DNA from: an uncultured candidate division Zixibacteria bacterium
GTDB lineage: Bacteria; Zixibacteria; MSB-5A5; GN15; FEB-12
NCBI GenBank assembly: GCA_963806185.1
Contig: CAWDXE010000007.1
Location: 800,001-864,000 of the forward strand
DNA length: 64,000 nt
Direction of reading: 5' to 3'
Shown: positions 9,056 to 19,966 of the stretch, in pieces
Position numbering within the stretch: the stretch's first letter is position 1
Layout of the letters: every line of letters starts with the position of its first letter
The notes under the pieces: model-generated
What the model was told of the DNA's origin: nothing
The model's input: only the letters and a program-made list of their open reading frames with translations
Databases searched by the model: none
Made by a program: the position numbers and the translations under genes

Positions 9056-11820
9056 CCTCACGCCCAAAGCTCAGTCTGGCTGCCCGGCGCTTCCTGGACG
9101 GCGGGGGAATCCCGTCCGATCCATCGGCCATGATCCGGGAATGCGACACTTATGTCCGGAAATACACCCAGGTTGACCTGGTCAAAGCCAGAACCCTGGC
9201 CCACCAGTTTGTTCTCCGAACCCGCACCCTGCCACCAGCCGACCGGGCCACCGCACTCCGCGCCCTTGGTTGGACCTGCCAAGTGGGTGCCGCCTATCGG
9301 GAAGCCGAATCCGCTTACCTCAAAGCCCGCAAGCTGGCTGGAAACGACACCGATCTGCGCGCTCGTATCGACCGCATTCTCATCGATGTATATATGTATC
9401 TGGGCGACTACCGCGAAGCCGTCCGTCGGGCGCGCATCGCCATCGCCGCTTTTCGCCGTTTGCACGACCGCGACGGAGAAGCCAAGACCCTCGTTAATCT
9501 CGCCAACGTGTTCCATCGTCAGGATCGGCACGTCGATGCCCTGCGGCTGTATCGAAAAGCCGCCCGGCACTACGAAAATACAAGTGACAAGCTCACCTTG
9601 GGTGTGTGCAGCTACAATTGTGCCAACTGTCTGGTGCAGTTGCTCCAGTTTGACGAGGCCGATGCTCTCTATCGGAGCGCCGAACGGCTGTTTGGCGAGG
9701 TCGAGTATGGCCTCTATGTCAACGAGGCCAGATACGGCCGCGCCTGGTTGGATAAGCTCCGGGGCAATTATCACCTCTCCCTCCGCGCCCTCGCCGAATG
9801 CGAGGAGGAATATCGAAAGATTGGTCAGCCGAAGGGGGTGACGCTCTGCCAGCTCGATCGTGCCGAAGTCATGCTCGAATTGCAGCTCCTCTCTGATGCC
9901 CGGGCCCTTGCTAAAGATGCCGAAAAAAGCGCTCGAAAACTCAAGATTCAGTATGAGGCTGCCAAAGCCGCGCTCTTCCTGGCGAAAGCTGCCTTCGGCC
10001 TCGGGGCAAATCGCGAGGCACAGGAGGCTCTCAGGCGCGCCCGCATTGGCTTTGAATCGGTTAAGAACGATACCATGGTCGGTGTCAGTCGATTCTATGA
10101 CGCCCTGTATCACGACGGTGAATCCAGCCTGGCTGAACTCGACTCGACTCGACGGCTGTTCCATTCCGCCCAATTGCCCCTCTGGCAGGCGGTGTGTGAT
10201 CTGACGTCAATGGCCATACGCGCGCCCCGATATGATGCGGCTACCCTTCAACGATTGGCGAAAAATCCCGCCGTTTCCTCCGTCCCGCACCTCTACGCAG
10301 GATGGAAAACACTTCTGGGTGATCGTTCGCTGAGTCGCCACGACCTCACCGGCGCCAAGCGCAACTGGACCCGGGCGGCCGATGCGCTTGATAAAATGCG
10401 GGCCAAACTCCCGCCCGTTGACATGCGTCAAACCCTGACCGAAAAAAGCCTGGATCCGTACAAGCGTATGTTTGGCCACGAAATGACTCGCCACCCCGAG
10501 GCGGCCGCCATTTGGTCCGAACGAAGCAAGATTGCGGGCATCTGGACATACGATCAATCGGCCGACCTCCCCGACGCTCGACGCAAAGTCGCCGACCGTC
10601 TGGCCGAATTGGCCCAACATGTCACGGCGCTCTCGTCATCGCTCGAACGAACCAGGGGAGAGGCGGCCGGCCAACTCTGGCCGACCGACAATCGATTCTG
10701 CCGACTGCAGGCTGAAATCAGACGTGACCTTCTGGCCGCGCACGAAAGCGACTTTTCCGTTGCCGGTACGCATAACACAATCAGGGATACCATCCGCGAT
10801 GCCTCAACGGTCAATCCTCTGGTGCAATTCCACATGGACGATGATCGACTGGTGGCCTTTGTCCATCAGCGAGGTGTCACTCGCACACACATCTACCCTG
10901 ACTCGCAGCGTATGCTGACCCGCTTTCTCGGTCAGTGGAATGTTCTGCTCATCAATACTGTCGCCCGGGGGCAACGGCAGCGTCTGGCCGACCGGGACGA
11001 GGAGACCCGCCTGCTAACCATGCTCGGCGACTGGCTCTGGAGACCGCTTGAGCTACCCTTGGATTGCCCACAAGTCACCATTATTCCAACCGGCGAGATG
11101 GCCAGTCTGCCTTGGTCAGCCATGATTGTCGATGGCTCTGCACTCATCGATCGTCATCGCTTCACCCTGGCTCCCAGTATCAGCCATTTTGCGGCTTCCG
11201 CCCGGTTTAGAATTACCAGCCGCTCAGCCCGAATCTTTGTGGGCGATACCAGCGGCCTCAAGTATGTCGCCGATGAACTCTCCGCCGTGTCACCGCTCCC
11301 CGCTGTCGACCTCGACGTCTGTCGACCATGCCTCCGGGAGAACTGGCCCCTGTCCGGAGAACATCTGCTCTGGCACTACATCGGCCACGCGCAATTTCGC
11401 GGCGATAATCCGTTTTATTCTTCACTCCTGCTGGAAGACGGCCCGATCTTCGCGGCCGATTTCCGACTGCGTTCCTGTCGGGTCGGCCTGGTCACCCTGG
11501 CCGCCTGCCGTACCGGCGTGCAATCGTCCGTGCCCGCCTACGAATCGACCGGCCTGGTACGGTCCCTCCTTGAAATGGGAGCGCAAAACGTCCTCGCCAG
11601 CCACTGGTCGGTGGGTGACCGCCCCACCGCCGACTGGATGAGGACCTTCTATGCTTTACTTGGCAACGGCCATACCCTGTTGGACTCCACACGCCTCACC
11701 ATTCAACGCATGCGCGAGATGTACCCGTCGGCCGGACAATGGGCCGCGTTTTCCCTGTTTGGTGCCGGTCGTGATGCCTGGGATAAGAATTTCTTCAAAA
11801 GAGATATGAGGAGAATGTGA
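9049..11820 (+). CDS. TPR-CHAT domain (caspase/separase-like) cysteine protease
   Basis: TPR-like helical repeats over the N-terminal half; CHAT motifs [19 protein letters not shown] (catalytic His), VTLAACRTG (catalytic Cys), [22 protein letters not shown]. Start placed at GTG 9049 after GGAG; the ORF is open from 9010. Confidence 0.9.
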   Translation: MVASRPKLSLAARRFLDGGGIPSDPSAMIRECDTYVRKYTQVDLVKARTLAHQFVLRTRTLPPADRATALRALGWTCQVGAAYREAESAYLKARKLAGNDTDLRARIDRILIDVYMYLGDYREAVRRARIAIAAFRRLHDRDGEAKTLVNLANVFHRQDRHVDALRLYRKAARHYENTSDKLTLGVCSYNCANCLVQLLQFDEADALYRSAERLFGEVEYGLYVNEARYGRAWLDKLRGNYHLSLRALAECEEEYRKIGQPKGVTLCQLDRAEVMLELQLLSDARALAKDAEKSARKLKIQYEAAKAALFLAKAAFGLGANREAQEALRRARIGFESVKNDTMVGVSRFYDALYHDGESSLAELDSTRRLFHSAQLPLWQAVCDLTSMAIRAPRYDAATLQRLAKNPAVSSVPHLYAGWKTLLGDRSLSRHDLTGAKRNWTRAADALDKMRAKLPPVDMRQTLTEKSLDPYKRMFGHEMTRHPEAAAIWSERSKIAGIWTYDQSADLPDARRKVADRLAELAQHVTALSSSLERTRGEAAGQLWPTDNRFCRLQAEIRRDLLAAHESDFSVAGTHNTIRDTIRDASTVNPLVQFHMDDDRLVAFVHQRGVTRTHIYPDSQRMLTRFLGQWNVLLINTVARGQRQRLADRDEETRLLTMLGDWLWRPLELPLDCPQVTIIPTGEMASLPWSAMIVDGSALIDRHRFTLAPSISHFAASARFRITSRSARIFVGDTSGLKYVADELSAVSPLPAVDLDVCRPCLRENWPLSGEHLLWHYIGHAQFRGDNPFYSSLLLEDGPIFAADFRLRSCRVGLVTLAACRTGVQSSVPAYESTGLVRSLLEMGAQNVLASHWSVGDRPTADWMRTFYALLGNGHTLLDSTRLTIQRMREMYPSAGQWAAFSLFGAGRDAWDKNFFKRDMRRM

Positions 11821-14800
11821 TCATGCGTGCCAATCGATCAGTCAGTTGGTTGATCCCTCTGCTGGTGTTGCTTCTGGCGGCTACGGGAACGACCGGGGAG
11901 CACAATCCCTTTATCGTTGGACAACTGGTACTCAAGATGTTATCGGGCGGAGACGTCAACGCTCTGGCTCAGCAGTACAATCTGGACCTTCGACAACATT
12001 TGCCCCAAATTGACGTCTACCAGGTAGACGCAACGCCGGGTGCCGACCTCGATTCACTGTCGGCAGTGATCTCGGCGCAATCCGACGTCGAGTTCTGCCA
12101 TCCCAACTATGTGCTGGATCCACTGCGATCCGTGCAGAGCAGCCTGCCGATCTCCGACGACAAAGCCTTGCCTGACTATGAATCGCAGGGGTCGGTGAGT
12201 CGTCTCCAATTGACCGAGGTACATACTCTCACCACCGGTCAGGGAGTCAAGGTCGCCATTCTTGACGGCGGCGCCGAATTCTCCCATCCATTGATTTCCG
12301 GGGTCGTTCTTTCCGGCTATGATTATGTTGATGACGACGCCGACGCGTCCGACGTACCCGGCGGCAACAACTACGGCCACGGTACCTTCGTCGCCGGTAT
12401 CGTGCATCTCGTGGCCCCCGACGCACAAATCGTCGTCTACCGCGTCAGTGACCCCCAAGGCGAAGGGAATGGGTATATCGTCGCCGAGGCCCTCCTTCAG
12501 GCCGTTGCTGACGGCTGCAAGATTATCAACATGAGCATGGTCGTGCATGGATACCACATGGCTATCGCCAAGGCTGTCGAGTACGCCCGCGATCACAATG
12601 TCCTGGTCGTGGTCGCCGCCGGCAATGATCAGGAAAATCAAGGTGTTTTCCCGGCCGATCATCCGGACGTACTTTCGGTTCTGGCCGTCGACACGGCCGA
12701 TCACCTGTCCACTTTCTCAAATTACGGCAGCCATATCGACATCGCCGCCCCCGGCGAGCTGGTGGTAGGGCCTTACCACAGCGGTAAGTATGCGTTGTGG
12801 GGTGGAACGAGCTTTGCCGCGCCGTTCGTCGCCGGACAAGCGGCGTTGATCCTGTCGCTTGTGCCAAACATTCCCTGGAACAACCTCTTCCAGACCATCG
12901 TCAATTCCGCGGTCAATATCGATCTTAACAACCAGGGGTACGAGGGTCAACTGGGAAGCGGCCTGACCAATCCGCTCGGTTCGGTACAACAGGTCGAGCC
13001 TACCGACCTCCTGCACTTCGTGTGCTGGCCGGTGAGCAGCGGGGGAAATGGGCACTGGTATGGTGCGATCCCCGACCTGTTAAATTGGGACTCTGCCCGT
13101 CAACGGGCTACCACATACTCGTACGGGGGGTTCACGGGCCATCTCGCCACAGTCAATACGCCCGCCGAGAATAATTTCATCTATCAGCAGGTAATGGTCG
13201 GACTGACGCCAGGGTCGGTCCTTGAACAATACTTCCTCGGATCCCGGCTGGTCAACGGCCAGCGAACCTGGATAACCGGTGAGCCGTTCACGTATTCCAA
13301 TTGGGCGCCGGGAGAACCTGGTGGCGGCTTCAGCGAACCAGGATCTGCGATGTGGGGAAGCACGAATACTGCCGCCAATCGGACCCCCGGTACCTGGAAT
13401 GACGTCGCCATCGACCAAACATCCAGCAATTATCTCTATTTGGGGATAGTTGAATTCGGCGACACAGTTGACACCGACCCATTTGATTCCAGTGCTGTTT
13501 GCGGTAATGTCAACATGGATTTGCTCGGCCTGGTGGACACGGCCGACGTCTCAGCGCTCATGTCCTACCTCCACAAGGACTTGTCACTTAGTATCTCGCC
13601 AACAGCCGCTAATGTCGACTTGAGTGTGAACCTCGATAACAATGACGTCGTCGTGCTGGCCGATCATGTATACGGCGCCCACAATCCGCTGACGTGCGCG
13701 CCGACCTTCGTCGGTAACTACCCCCAGAACACTGCTGACGTGATCACGATCAGCCCCCTGACCATCACTCCGCCGTATGCGGCAAGGGTTGTTGCCGAAG
13801 TCACGTTCACTGCCAGCGAACCGTTCCGGGGTCTTTCCTTCACCTTTGAATACGGGTCTTACGGCAACTACGGATACCTCTCGAGCATCACGCTGCATGA
13901 TTCCGCCGACCAATGCATGACCGGAATCTTCCCGAACACCCACAACGGCGCGATTGCCCTGCTGGAACAAGACACCGACTTACCCGCCGGTGAATACCAC
14001 ATTGCCACGCTGGTCTTTGACAACGTCGTAGGGCCCTCACCGCAAATATTCCTCGATACGACCACCCTCAGCCGTGGCGCTCGAGTCGTGGTTTCTCGGC
14101 AAGGCGGACTCGTGTCTACAATTCCGGAGATCCTCGGCCGCAATCCTGGTTTCGACCTCGACGGTGACGGTGTCCCGGACGCTACCGACAACTGCGCGGT
14201 AAGAGCCAACCCGGATCAGCTTGACGGCGATAACGATGGGGTCGGTGATGCCTGCGATCCCGACTTCGTCTGTGGCAACATCGACTGTGATTTGACGCTC
14301 GACCTCAGCGACCTTGCTAGATATATCGATTACCTGCATTTCGGAGGTCCCTCCGACATATGTGAATCGGTGGCTGACCTCGATCAGTACGTCGGCCTCA
14401 CGAACAATGACATTGTCGCTTTCATTCGCTGGATTTTTGTCACCTTCGAACCCCTGCAGTGTTCGCCTACTCTCCTGGGTTCATTTCCGGTCGACCCCGG
14501 CGATATCCTGACGATTGGTGATCTTAACGTTCCGCCGAATACACCGACGTGGGATGTGCCACTCATGTTCACCGCCAGTGCTCCATTCGACGCCCTCGCC
14601 TTCCCCTTTGTCTACTCCTCAACCGGAGATCAAGCCGTCCTGTCTTCAGTCACGGTAGTTATGGGAGACCAAATGGAAGTTGGCCGGGCGTTCCCCGCCA
14701 CCCATTCCGGAACCGTTGCCTTCTCTTCGTTTCAAAATGACTTTGCTGCGGGGTCATATCTCATCGGGACGCTCCATTTCACCAATACGAGCTCACCCAC

Positions 14801-16682
14801 CGGCATGCAGATCACGCTCGACTCGACCACCAATTCTCGCGGGAGCACAACGGTGGTGTCGCGCGATTGGGGAGTGCTGCCAAGCATTCCGTCACTGCGG
14901 GCCTACGACCCGACACTTGACTGGGACGGCGATGGTGTCGGCGGGACGACGGACAACTGCCCTTTGGTCGCCAACCCGGATCAATCCGATCGGGATCATG
15001 ACGGCGTCGGCGATGCCTGCGACGAATGCCCGGATCTCGTCAACCCCTGCGCCGTTGTCTGCGGACTCACGGGCGACGTTACGCTCGACGGCAACGTCAA
15101 CATCGGCGATCTCACCTATCTGGCCGACTACCTCTATCTCGGTGGTCCTGCCCCGGTGAATCCGCTTACTGCCGACTGTGACAATGTGGCCGGCATAACA
15201 CCTCGCGACCTCGTGGTGCTCAACGGGTACCTCTTCGCGCACACCACGACACTATCCTGCCCGCCGAGTTCCGCGACCTATCCGCCAACCGATCCTTCGA
15301 TCGTCCTGCGACTGCCCAGCCTGCTTCCTGCGGGTGTGTCGCAGCTCGCCTGTCCGCTCTGGCTGGAGGCGCCGGTTGACGTCGTGTCCTTCAATCTCCC
15401 GCTCCAGGTGCGCGTGGGCGATGAAGTACCGGTTATCGATTCCTTCGTGCAATCGCCCTTCTTCAAAGCAACGACCGCGTGGATCATGAAGCCGGAGGAT
15501 CTGTTTTCGACCAAAGCCGACTCCGGAATCGCCCTGATTGCCGGTTCAACCGCCATGGTATCCGACCTGTCCTTGCCGGCCGGAAGCAATTTGCTTGGCA
15601 CCCTTTATATCACGGTCACGGCGAACGACAGTGATCGCACCGTCTCCGGTTCCTGGGGCCTCATGTACCCGCAGCATCCGCTGCCCGTTAGCTATCCCGA
15701 GGTCGGCTTGTTGCCGCAGATCGTGGGCAAAGGGGGACCATCGTTGGCCAAGCCGCTTGACCAGCTCGCCGTCATCTACACGCAATATACGCCGACGCTG
15801 ATCGAGGATCCCGGCTGCTGCCTCGGCATCAGAGGCAACGTCGATTGCGACCCGGCTGACAACATCGACATCGGCGACCTTACCTGCTTCATCCAGGGTC
15901 TGTTCCTCTTCGGCGAGGGTGGAGGATGTATGTGCTGCCTTGAAGAGGCCGACGTGAACAGGGACAACGGCGTTGACATCGCCGATCTTACCGACCTGAT
16001 ATGCTACCTCTTCTTGGACTGTGATCCTCCGCCGTCCTGTGGACCCGTCGCTCTCGGACTTGTCCCGGCTGCGAAAGTGCAGGCTGGCGTGACAATCAAC
16101 ACCGAATATGCCGACGGCAAGACCACCGTAACTCTTTCCTCCGACGTCGATCTCCTCGGTGTTCAACTCACACTTCCCGGTTCGTCGCTCGGCAAAGCGC
16201 AATCACGATCGCCGGAGGGCATGGAACTCTACCAGGGCACTTGGGACAATAGGACGCACATTGGATTATTGGATATGGAGGGAAAGCTCTCCTGGAGCCC
16301 AGGCAATCACACGCTGCTGGTCATCGACGGTGAGGCGACGATTACCGAAGCTATTGTGGCCGATCTGAATCACCATTCCTGGACCGCCGAGACTTCTTCC
16401 TCCAGGTCGTCGGTGCCGGCAACATTCTCATTGGCGCAGAACCACCCCAATCCGTTTAACCCGGCAACGACCATTGAGTTCAGTATTCCCAAACCCGCGC
16501 ACGTTGAACTGTCCGTGTACAACGTGAGCGGGCAATTGGTCGCCGTGCTCGTCGATCGGGAACTGCCGGCCGGCGCCCAGTCACTCGATTGGAACGCTTC
16601 CGCGCTCGCGAGCGGTGTGTACGTCTATCGCCTGACCACGCGCGATTATTCGGCGACGCGCAAGATGATTCTGCTCAAATAA
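11817..16682 (+). CDS. Secreted multidomain S8 (subtilisin-like) serine protease: prodomain, S8, C-type lectin, dockerin/cohesin-like and TSP3 repeats, FlgD/T9SS-like C-terminal domain
   Basis: Signal peptide; triad motifs [24 protein letters not shown] and oxyanion AAGND; CTL motifs [10 protein letters not shown] and [17 protein letters not shown]...WND; DxDGDGV...DNC repeats; C-terminal [19 protein letters not shown]...ASGVYVYRL. Confidence 0.92.
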   Translation: MIMRANRSVSWLIPLLVLLLAATGTTGEHNPFIVGQLVLKMLSGGDVNALAQQYNLDLRQHLPQIDVYQVDATPGADLDSLSAVISAQSDVEFCHPNYVLDPLRSVQSSLPISDDKALPDYESQGSVSRLQLTEVHTLTTGQGVKVAILDGGAEFSHPLISGVVLSGYDYVDDDADASDVPGGNNYGHGTFVAGIVHLVAPDAQIVVYRVSDPQGEGNGYIVAEALLQAVADGCKIINMSMVVHGYHMAIAKAVEYARDHNVLVVVAAGNDQENQGVFPADHPDVLSVLAVDTADHLSTFSNYGSHIDIAAPGELVVGPYHSGKYALWGGTSFAAPFVAGQAALILSLVPNIPWNNLFQTIVNSAVNIDLNNQGYEGQLGSGLTNPLGSVQQVEPTDLLHFVCWPVSSGGNGHWYGAIPDLLNWDSARQRATTYSYGGFTGHLATVNTPAENNFIYQQVMVGLTPGSVLEQYFLGSRLVNGQRTWITGEPFTYSNWAPGEPGGGFSEPGSAMWGSTNTAANRTPGTWNDVAIDQTSSNYLYLGIVEFGDTVDTDPFDSSAVCGNVNMDLLGLVDTADVSALMSYLHKDLSLSISPTAANVDLSVNLDNNDVVVLADHVYGAHNPLTCAPTFVGNYPQNTADVITISPLTITPPYAARVVAEVTFTASEPFRGLSFTFEYGSYGNYGYLSSITLHDSADQCMTGIFPNTHNGAIALLEQDTDLPAGEYHIATLVFDNVVGPSPQIFLDTTTLSRGARVVVSRQGGLVSTIPEILGRNPGFDLDGDGVPDATDNCAVRANPDQLDGDNDGVGDACDPDFVCGNIDCDLTLDLSDLARYIDYLHFGGPSDICESVADLDQYVGLTNNDIVAFIRWIFVTFEPLQCSPTLLGSFPVDPGDILTIGDLNVPPNTPTWDVPLMFTASAPFDALAFPFVYSSTGDQAVLSSVTVVMGDQMEVGRAFPATHSGTVAFSSFQNDFAAGSYLIGTLHFTNTSSPTGMQITLDSTTNSRGSTTVVSRDWGVLPSIPSLRAYDPTLDWDGDGVGGTTDNCPLVANPDQSDRDHDGVGDACDECPDLVNPCAVVCGLTGDVTLDGNVNIGDLTYLADYLYLGGPAPVNPLTADCDNVAGITPRDLVVLNGYLFAHTTTLSCPPSSATYPPTDPSIVLRLPSLLPAGVSQLACPLWLEAPVDVVSFNLPLQVRVGDEVPVIDSFVQSPFFKATTAWIMKPEDLFSTKADSGIALIAGSTAMVSDLSLPAGSNLLGTLYITVTANDSDRTVSGSWGLMYPQHPLPVSYPEVGLLPQIVGKGGPSLAKPLDQLAVIYTQYTPTLIEDPGCCLGIRGNVDCDPADNIDIGDLTCFIQGLFLFGEGGGCMCCLEEADVNRDNGVDIADLTDLICYLFLDCDPPPSCGPVALGLVPAAKVQAGVTINTEYADGKTTVTLSSDVDLLGVQLTLPGSSLGKAQSRSPEGMELYQGTWDNRTHIGLLDMEGKLSWSPGNHTLLVIDGEATITEAIVADLNHHSWTAETSSSRSSVPATFSLAQNHPNPFNPATTIEFSIPKPAHVELSVYNVSGQLVAVLVDRELPAGAQSLDWNASALASGVYVYRLTTRDYSATRKMILLK

Positions 16683-16718
16683 TTGCGAACCCGCAGTCCC
16701 CGGGAAATCGCCCAGCAT

Positions 16719-16756
16719 CCCGGCAGCGATCGTGCCTTTTCGCTGCCGGGGTTTCT
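16719..16756 (+). terminator. Intrinsic terminator after the S8 gene
   Basis: 11-bp stem CCCGGCAGCGA / TCGCTGCCGGG followed by GTTTCT. Confidence 0.55.
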
Positions 16757-16961
16757 ATAGGTCCTCACCTGCCCCGTCGCTGACCCGACCTCACCGTTTA
16801 AGGGACCTTGCGCCTGCTCTCATTTGTAAAAGCTGGTAACGGTAACTCAGGATCCGGTCGCAGTCGAATTGACCATTGACAAGCGGAATCGCCGCAGCAT
16901 TATTCGCTAGGCATCCGACCGGGCCATTGCACACTGCCCTGCGCTTTCCTTCGAGGAAGAT

Positions 16962-17468
16962 ATGACAGACTCCTCCGACCGTCAGAAAGAAATTACCATC
17001 ATTGACTTCAAGCGTAAATACGCGCGGAATTTTCGGGATATCAATCGCGCGTGGATCGAAGAGTATTTCGAGCTGGAACAATACGATCTCATCATGATCA
17101 ATGATCCGGAGGGCCAGATCATTGCGCATGGCGGCTGCGTGCTGTTTGCCGTCATTGACGGAGATGTTGTGGGCACGTGTGCGTTGCTCAGACATGCCGA
17201 GCGGAAATACGAACTCGCCAAAATGGGCGTGCTGAAGGCATATCACAATCGCGGCGTGGGGAAGAAGCTGGCCGAGGCCGCCATTCAGAAAGCCCGAGCG
17301 CTGGGAGCCGACGTTCTGGTTCTGGCCACGAGTCGGAAGTTGGAAGCGGCCAACCATCTCTATCGAAGTCTGGGCTTTTGCGATGTGGACCTTGCGGAAG
17401 TCGGCCCGCTGCCGTACAAGCGAGAGTCAATCGCGATGCGCCTGAGCTTGGGAGGGCCCGCGAAGTGA
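16962..17468 (+). CDS. GNAT family N-acetyltransferase
   Basis: VVGTCAL, YELAKMGV, acetyl-CoA motif HNRGVGKKL, ANHLYRSLGF. Confidence 0.9.
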   Translation: MTDSSDRQKEITIIDFKRKYARNFRDINRAWIEEYFELEQYDLIMINDPEGQIIAHGGCVLFAVIDGDVVGTCALLRHAERKYELAKMGVLKAYHNRGVGKKLAEAAIQKARALGADVLVLATSRKLEAANHLYRSLGFCDVDLAEVGPLPYKRESIAMRLSLGGPAK

Positions 17469-17482
17469 TCTCGGCAAATCTA

Positions 17483-17566
17483 TGCCGGAGGTCGGACTCG
17501 AACCGACATGTTCTTGCGAACGGGGGATTTTGAGTCCCCTGCGTCTACCAGTTTCACCACTCCGGC
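17483..17566 (-). tRNA. tRNA-Leu(CAA)
   Basis: Minus strand GCCGGAG...GGGGA-CT-CAA-AA-TCCCC, long variable arm, GGTTCGAGTCC, CTCCGGC-A; CCA not encoded. Confidence 0.96.
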
Positions 17567-17629
17567 AAGAATGCCCAAACTATACGCGACCCTTCACCTT
17601 GTCAAGATGGGAATTGACCGGACTCCGGC

Positions 17630-19780
17630 CTAAAAGTGCACTCGCTCGTTGGCCGTGTCCTCGACCACCGGCGTCCGACCGCGGGGCCGAATATACATCC
17701 CTCGCGACGGATGCAAATGACATGTCACCGTCGGCTGATTCTCAAACGTAAACAAGTCCGTCGCTACCTGCGTACACCGATCTGTCGCCAGTTCGCCCGA
17801 TTCCAAACAGACGTCCACTCTCACGATATCATCCGGCTGCTCGAAATCGGCAATCGGCAGCGAATCGTGCGCCGCCAACATGTACTCCGTCCAGACCGGC
17901 ACCGCATTACTCGAACCCTCCTGACCGTGCCCGAGCGACGTCTTGTCGTCGAATCCCAGCCAGACCCCCGCGGTAATCTGCGGCGTGAATCCCACAAACC
18001 AGTTATCGCAGAATTCGTTCGACGTCCCGGTCTTGCCCCCCGCCGGACGGCTGAATCCCATCGCCCGCGCGCGTACCCCCGTGCCCTCATCCACCACCGA
18101 ACGCATCATATCCACCATGATATACGCCGTCTGCGGCGACAGCACTTCGCTTTTCTGCACCACCGTGTGGTCCTCGAGCACCCGACCGTACCGATCGACA
18201 ATCTTCAGAATCATCCGGTAGGGGATATGTATCCCCTGGTTCGGAAAGACCGAAAACGCCGAGACCAGCTCGATCAGTTTCACCTCACTCACGCCGATCG
18301 CCAATGACGGCACGGGAGTGAGCGGCGTGGTAATGCCGAAACTCTTCGCGTAAAAAATCGCCTGCTCCGGGTTAATCTTCAACAGCAACCGAATGGCCGC
18401 CAGGTTGCGCGACTGCGCCAGCGCCGTCCGAAGCGTGATCGGCCCCATGAACTTGTCGTCAAAATTGTGTGGTCGCCATTGCTTGGCGCCGGGAATGTCG
18501 AGCACGATCGGATTGTCATCGATAATATCCGTCGGATGAAATCCATTGTCGATACAGGCCGTGTAGACAAACGGCTTGAAGGCCGACCCCGGCTGGCGAA
18601 GCGCCTGCACCGCGCGGTTGAACTTGGTCTTGTCGAACGACCGCCCGCCAATCATCGACAAAACATCACCGGTGACATTGTCGATCGCAACAAACGCTCC
18701 CTGAATCTTCTTCCATGTCCTGATCGAATCCCCAAACCGATTCACCGTGTCCGGCAAAATCTGCGTGTACGCCTGATCAGACAGGGGATAGGTCCGTTCG
18801 ATCCTCGCCCGCATCGAGTCAATTTTCTTGTACAGCGAAACCTCGGCCTTGCGCTGAAGTCGCGCATCCAGCGACGTGTACACCTTCAGCCCGCCGGAAT
18901 AGAGCTGATCCTCGCCATATTTCCCAATCAGATACTGGCGAACGGTCTCGGTGAAGTACGGCGCCTGTCCGCCCGCTTCCTCCGGCGGCGAAATCTCGAC
19001 CGGCCGACTTTTCAACGAGTCAAATTGGGCCTCGGTGATCCCGCCCCACGAATAGTACGAATACAGCACTCGGTTGCGCGCCTGCAGCGCCTTGTCCGTA
19101 CTGCTTAGCGGCGAATTGATATTCGGCCCCTTGAGCAAACCGATCAGGATAGCACAATCGTTTATGTTCAGATCGGCCACTCGTTTGTCGAAAAGCGCCC
19201 GGGCCGCGGCCGCAACACCGTACGAACCCCTCCCGAAATAATGCTGGTTAAGATACATCTCCAGTATCTCGTCCTTCGAATACGTCCGCTCCAGCTTGAT
19301 CGCGGTCAACGCTTCCTTGATCTTGCGCGACATCGTCCTCTCCGGCGTCAGGAACAGCATGCGCGATACCTGCTGCGTGATCGTCGACGCACCGGCTTTG
19401 ATCTGCCAGTGCACGACATTGGTGAGCGCAACCAGGAAGAGCCGTCGAAGGTTGATCCCCCAATGGTGGTAGAATTCCTGATCCTCGGACGCGATCAGCA
19501 TCTCCACCAGCGGCTTCGGCATATCGGTCAGCGGCGTCAGTGCCCGGTTCTCGGTGTAGAATTCCTTGAGGAGCACGCCGTTGCGATCGTACAACTTCGT
19601 GCTCAGGTTCGGCTCTATATTGTGCAGTTGTTCAAATGAGGGAAGTTCCGACTGATAGACCCGATACGTCATCCAGGCGCCATACCCGAATGCCGCCAGA
19701 ACGATCACCGCCGCAACCGTGAGCACGGTTCGCCAGGGTGATCGGCCTCGGCCGTCTGATGCAAATGAAAACCAGCTCAT
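17630..19780 (-). CDS. mrcA: Class A penicillin-binding protein (PBP1A family)
   Basis: N-terminal TM; transglycosylase EDQEFYHHWG, GASTITQQ, RKIKE; transpeptidase SAFK, SRN, KTGT. Confidence 0.9.
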   Translation of the reverse strand: MSWFSFASDGRGRSPWRTVLTVAAVIVLAAFGYGAWMTYRVYQSELPSFEQLHNIEPNLSTKLYDRNGVLLKEFYTENRALTPLTDMPKPLVEMLIASEDQEFYHHWGINLRRLFLVALTNVVHWQIKAGASTITQQVSRMLFLTPERTMSRKIKEALTAIKLERTYSKDEILEMYLNQHYFGRGSYGVAAAARALFDKRVADLNINDCAILIGLLKGPNINSPLSSTDKALQARNRVLYSYYSWGGITEAQFDSLKSRPVEISPPEEAGGQAPYFTETVRQYLIGKYGEDQLYSGGLKVYTSLDARLQRKAEVSLYKKIDSMRARIERTYPLSDQAYTQILPDTVNRFGDSIRTWKKIQGAFVAIDNVTGDVLSMIGGRSFDKTKFNRAVQALRQPGSAFKPFVYTACIDNGFHPTDIIDDNPIVLDIPGAKQWRPHNFDDKFMGPITLRTALAQSRNLAAIRLLLKINPEQAIFYAKSFGITTPLTPVPSLAIGVSEVKLIELVSAFSVFPNQGIHIPYRMILKIVDRYGRVLEDHTVVQKSEVLSPQTAYIMVDMMRSVVDEGTGVRARAMGFSRPAGGKTGTSNEFCDNWFVGFTPQITAGVWLGFDDKTSLGHGQEGSSNAVPVWTEYMLAAHDSLPIADFEQPDDIVRVDVCLESGELATDRCTQVATDLFTFENQPTVTCHLHPSRGMYIRPRGRTPVVEDTANERVHF

Positions 19781-19966
19781 ATCGTGGCTCTATTAAGCCG
19801 TCCGACCGCCCAAAGTGCAAGGTAAAAACCACCCCTCAACAACGGTTTGCCTTTTGCGGCGCAATTTCGTATCGTCTGTGTCAATCCATTCGGCTGCAAT
19901 TGCATAGGAATCACCTCCCATATTATATGCCGACATGGGTGCAAAGTCTAGACTGAGGAGACCAGT

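Noticed and set aside
9058..10173. Long antisense or alternate-frame ORFs (also 12054-12704, 24886-25686, 47844-48716, 60977-61894, 62623-63492)
   Set aside because: They shadow well-supported genes, have no motifs, and are expected from GC-rich codon bias.
7853..11820. Type III-E CRISPR (Craspase) locus
   Set aside because: TPR-CHAT and a sigma factor are present, but no Cas7-11, Csx30/Csx31-like gene, cas1 or repeat-spacer array is visible in the window.
16685..16870. tmRNA or 6S RNA (minus strand has ATTCGAC and GGACTGCGGGTTCG)
   Set aside because: Only about 180 nt, with no acceptor stem or CCA end and no end-to-end pairing.
17483..17566. tRNA-anchored genomic island at tRNA-Leu or tRNA-Ala
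   Set aside because: No integrase and no duplicated tRNA 3' end was seen in the window.
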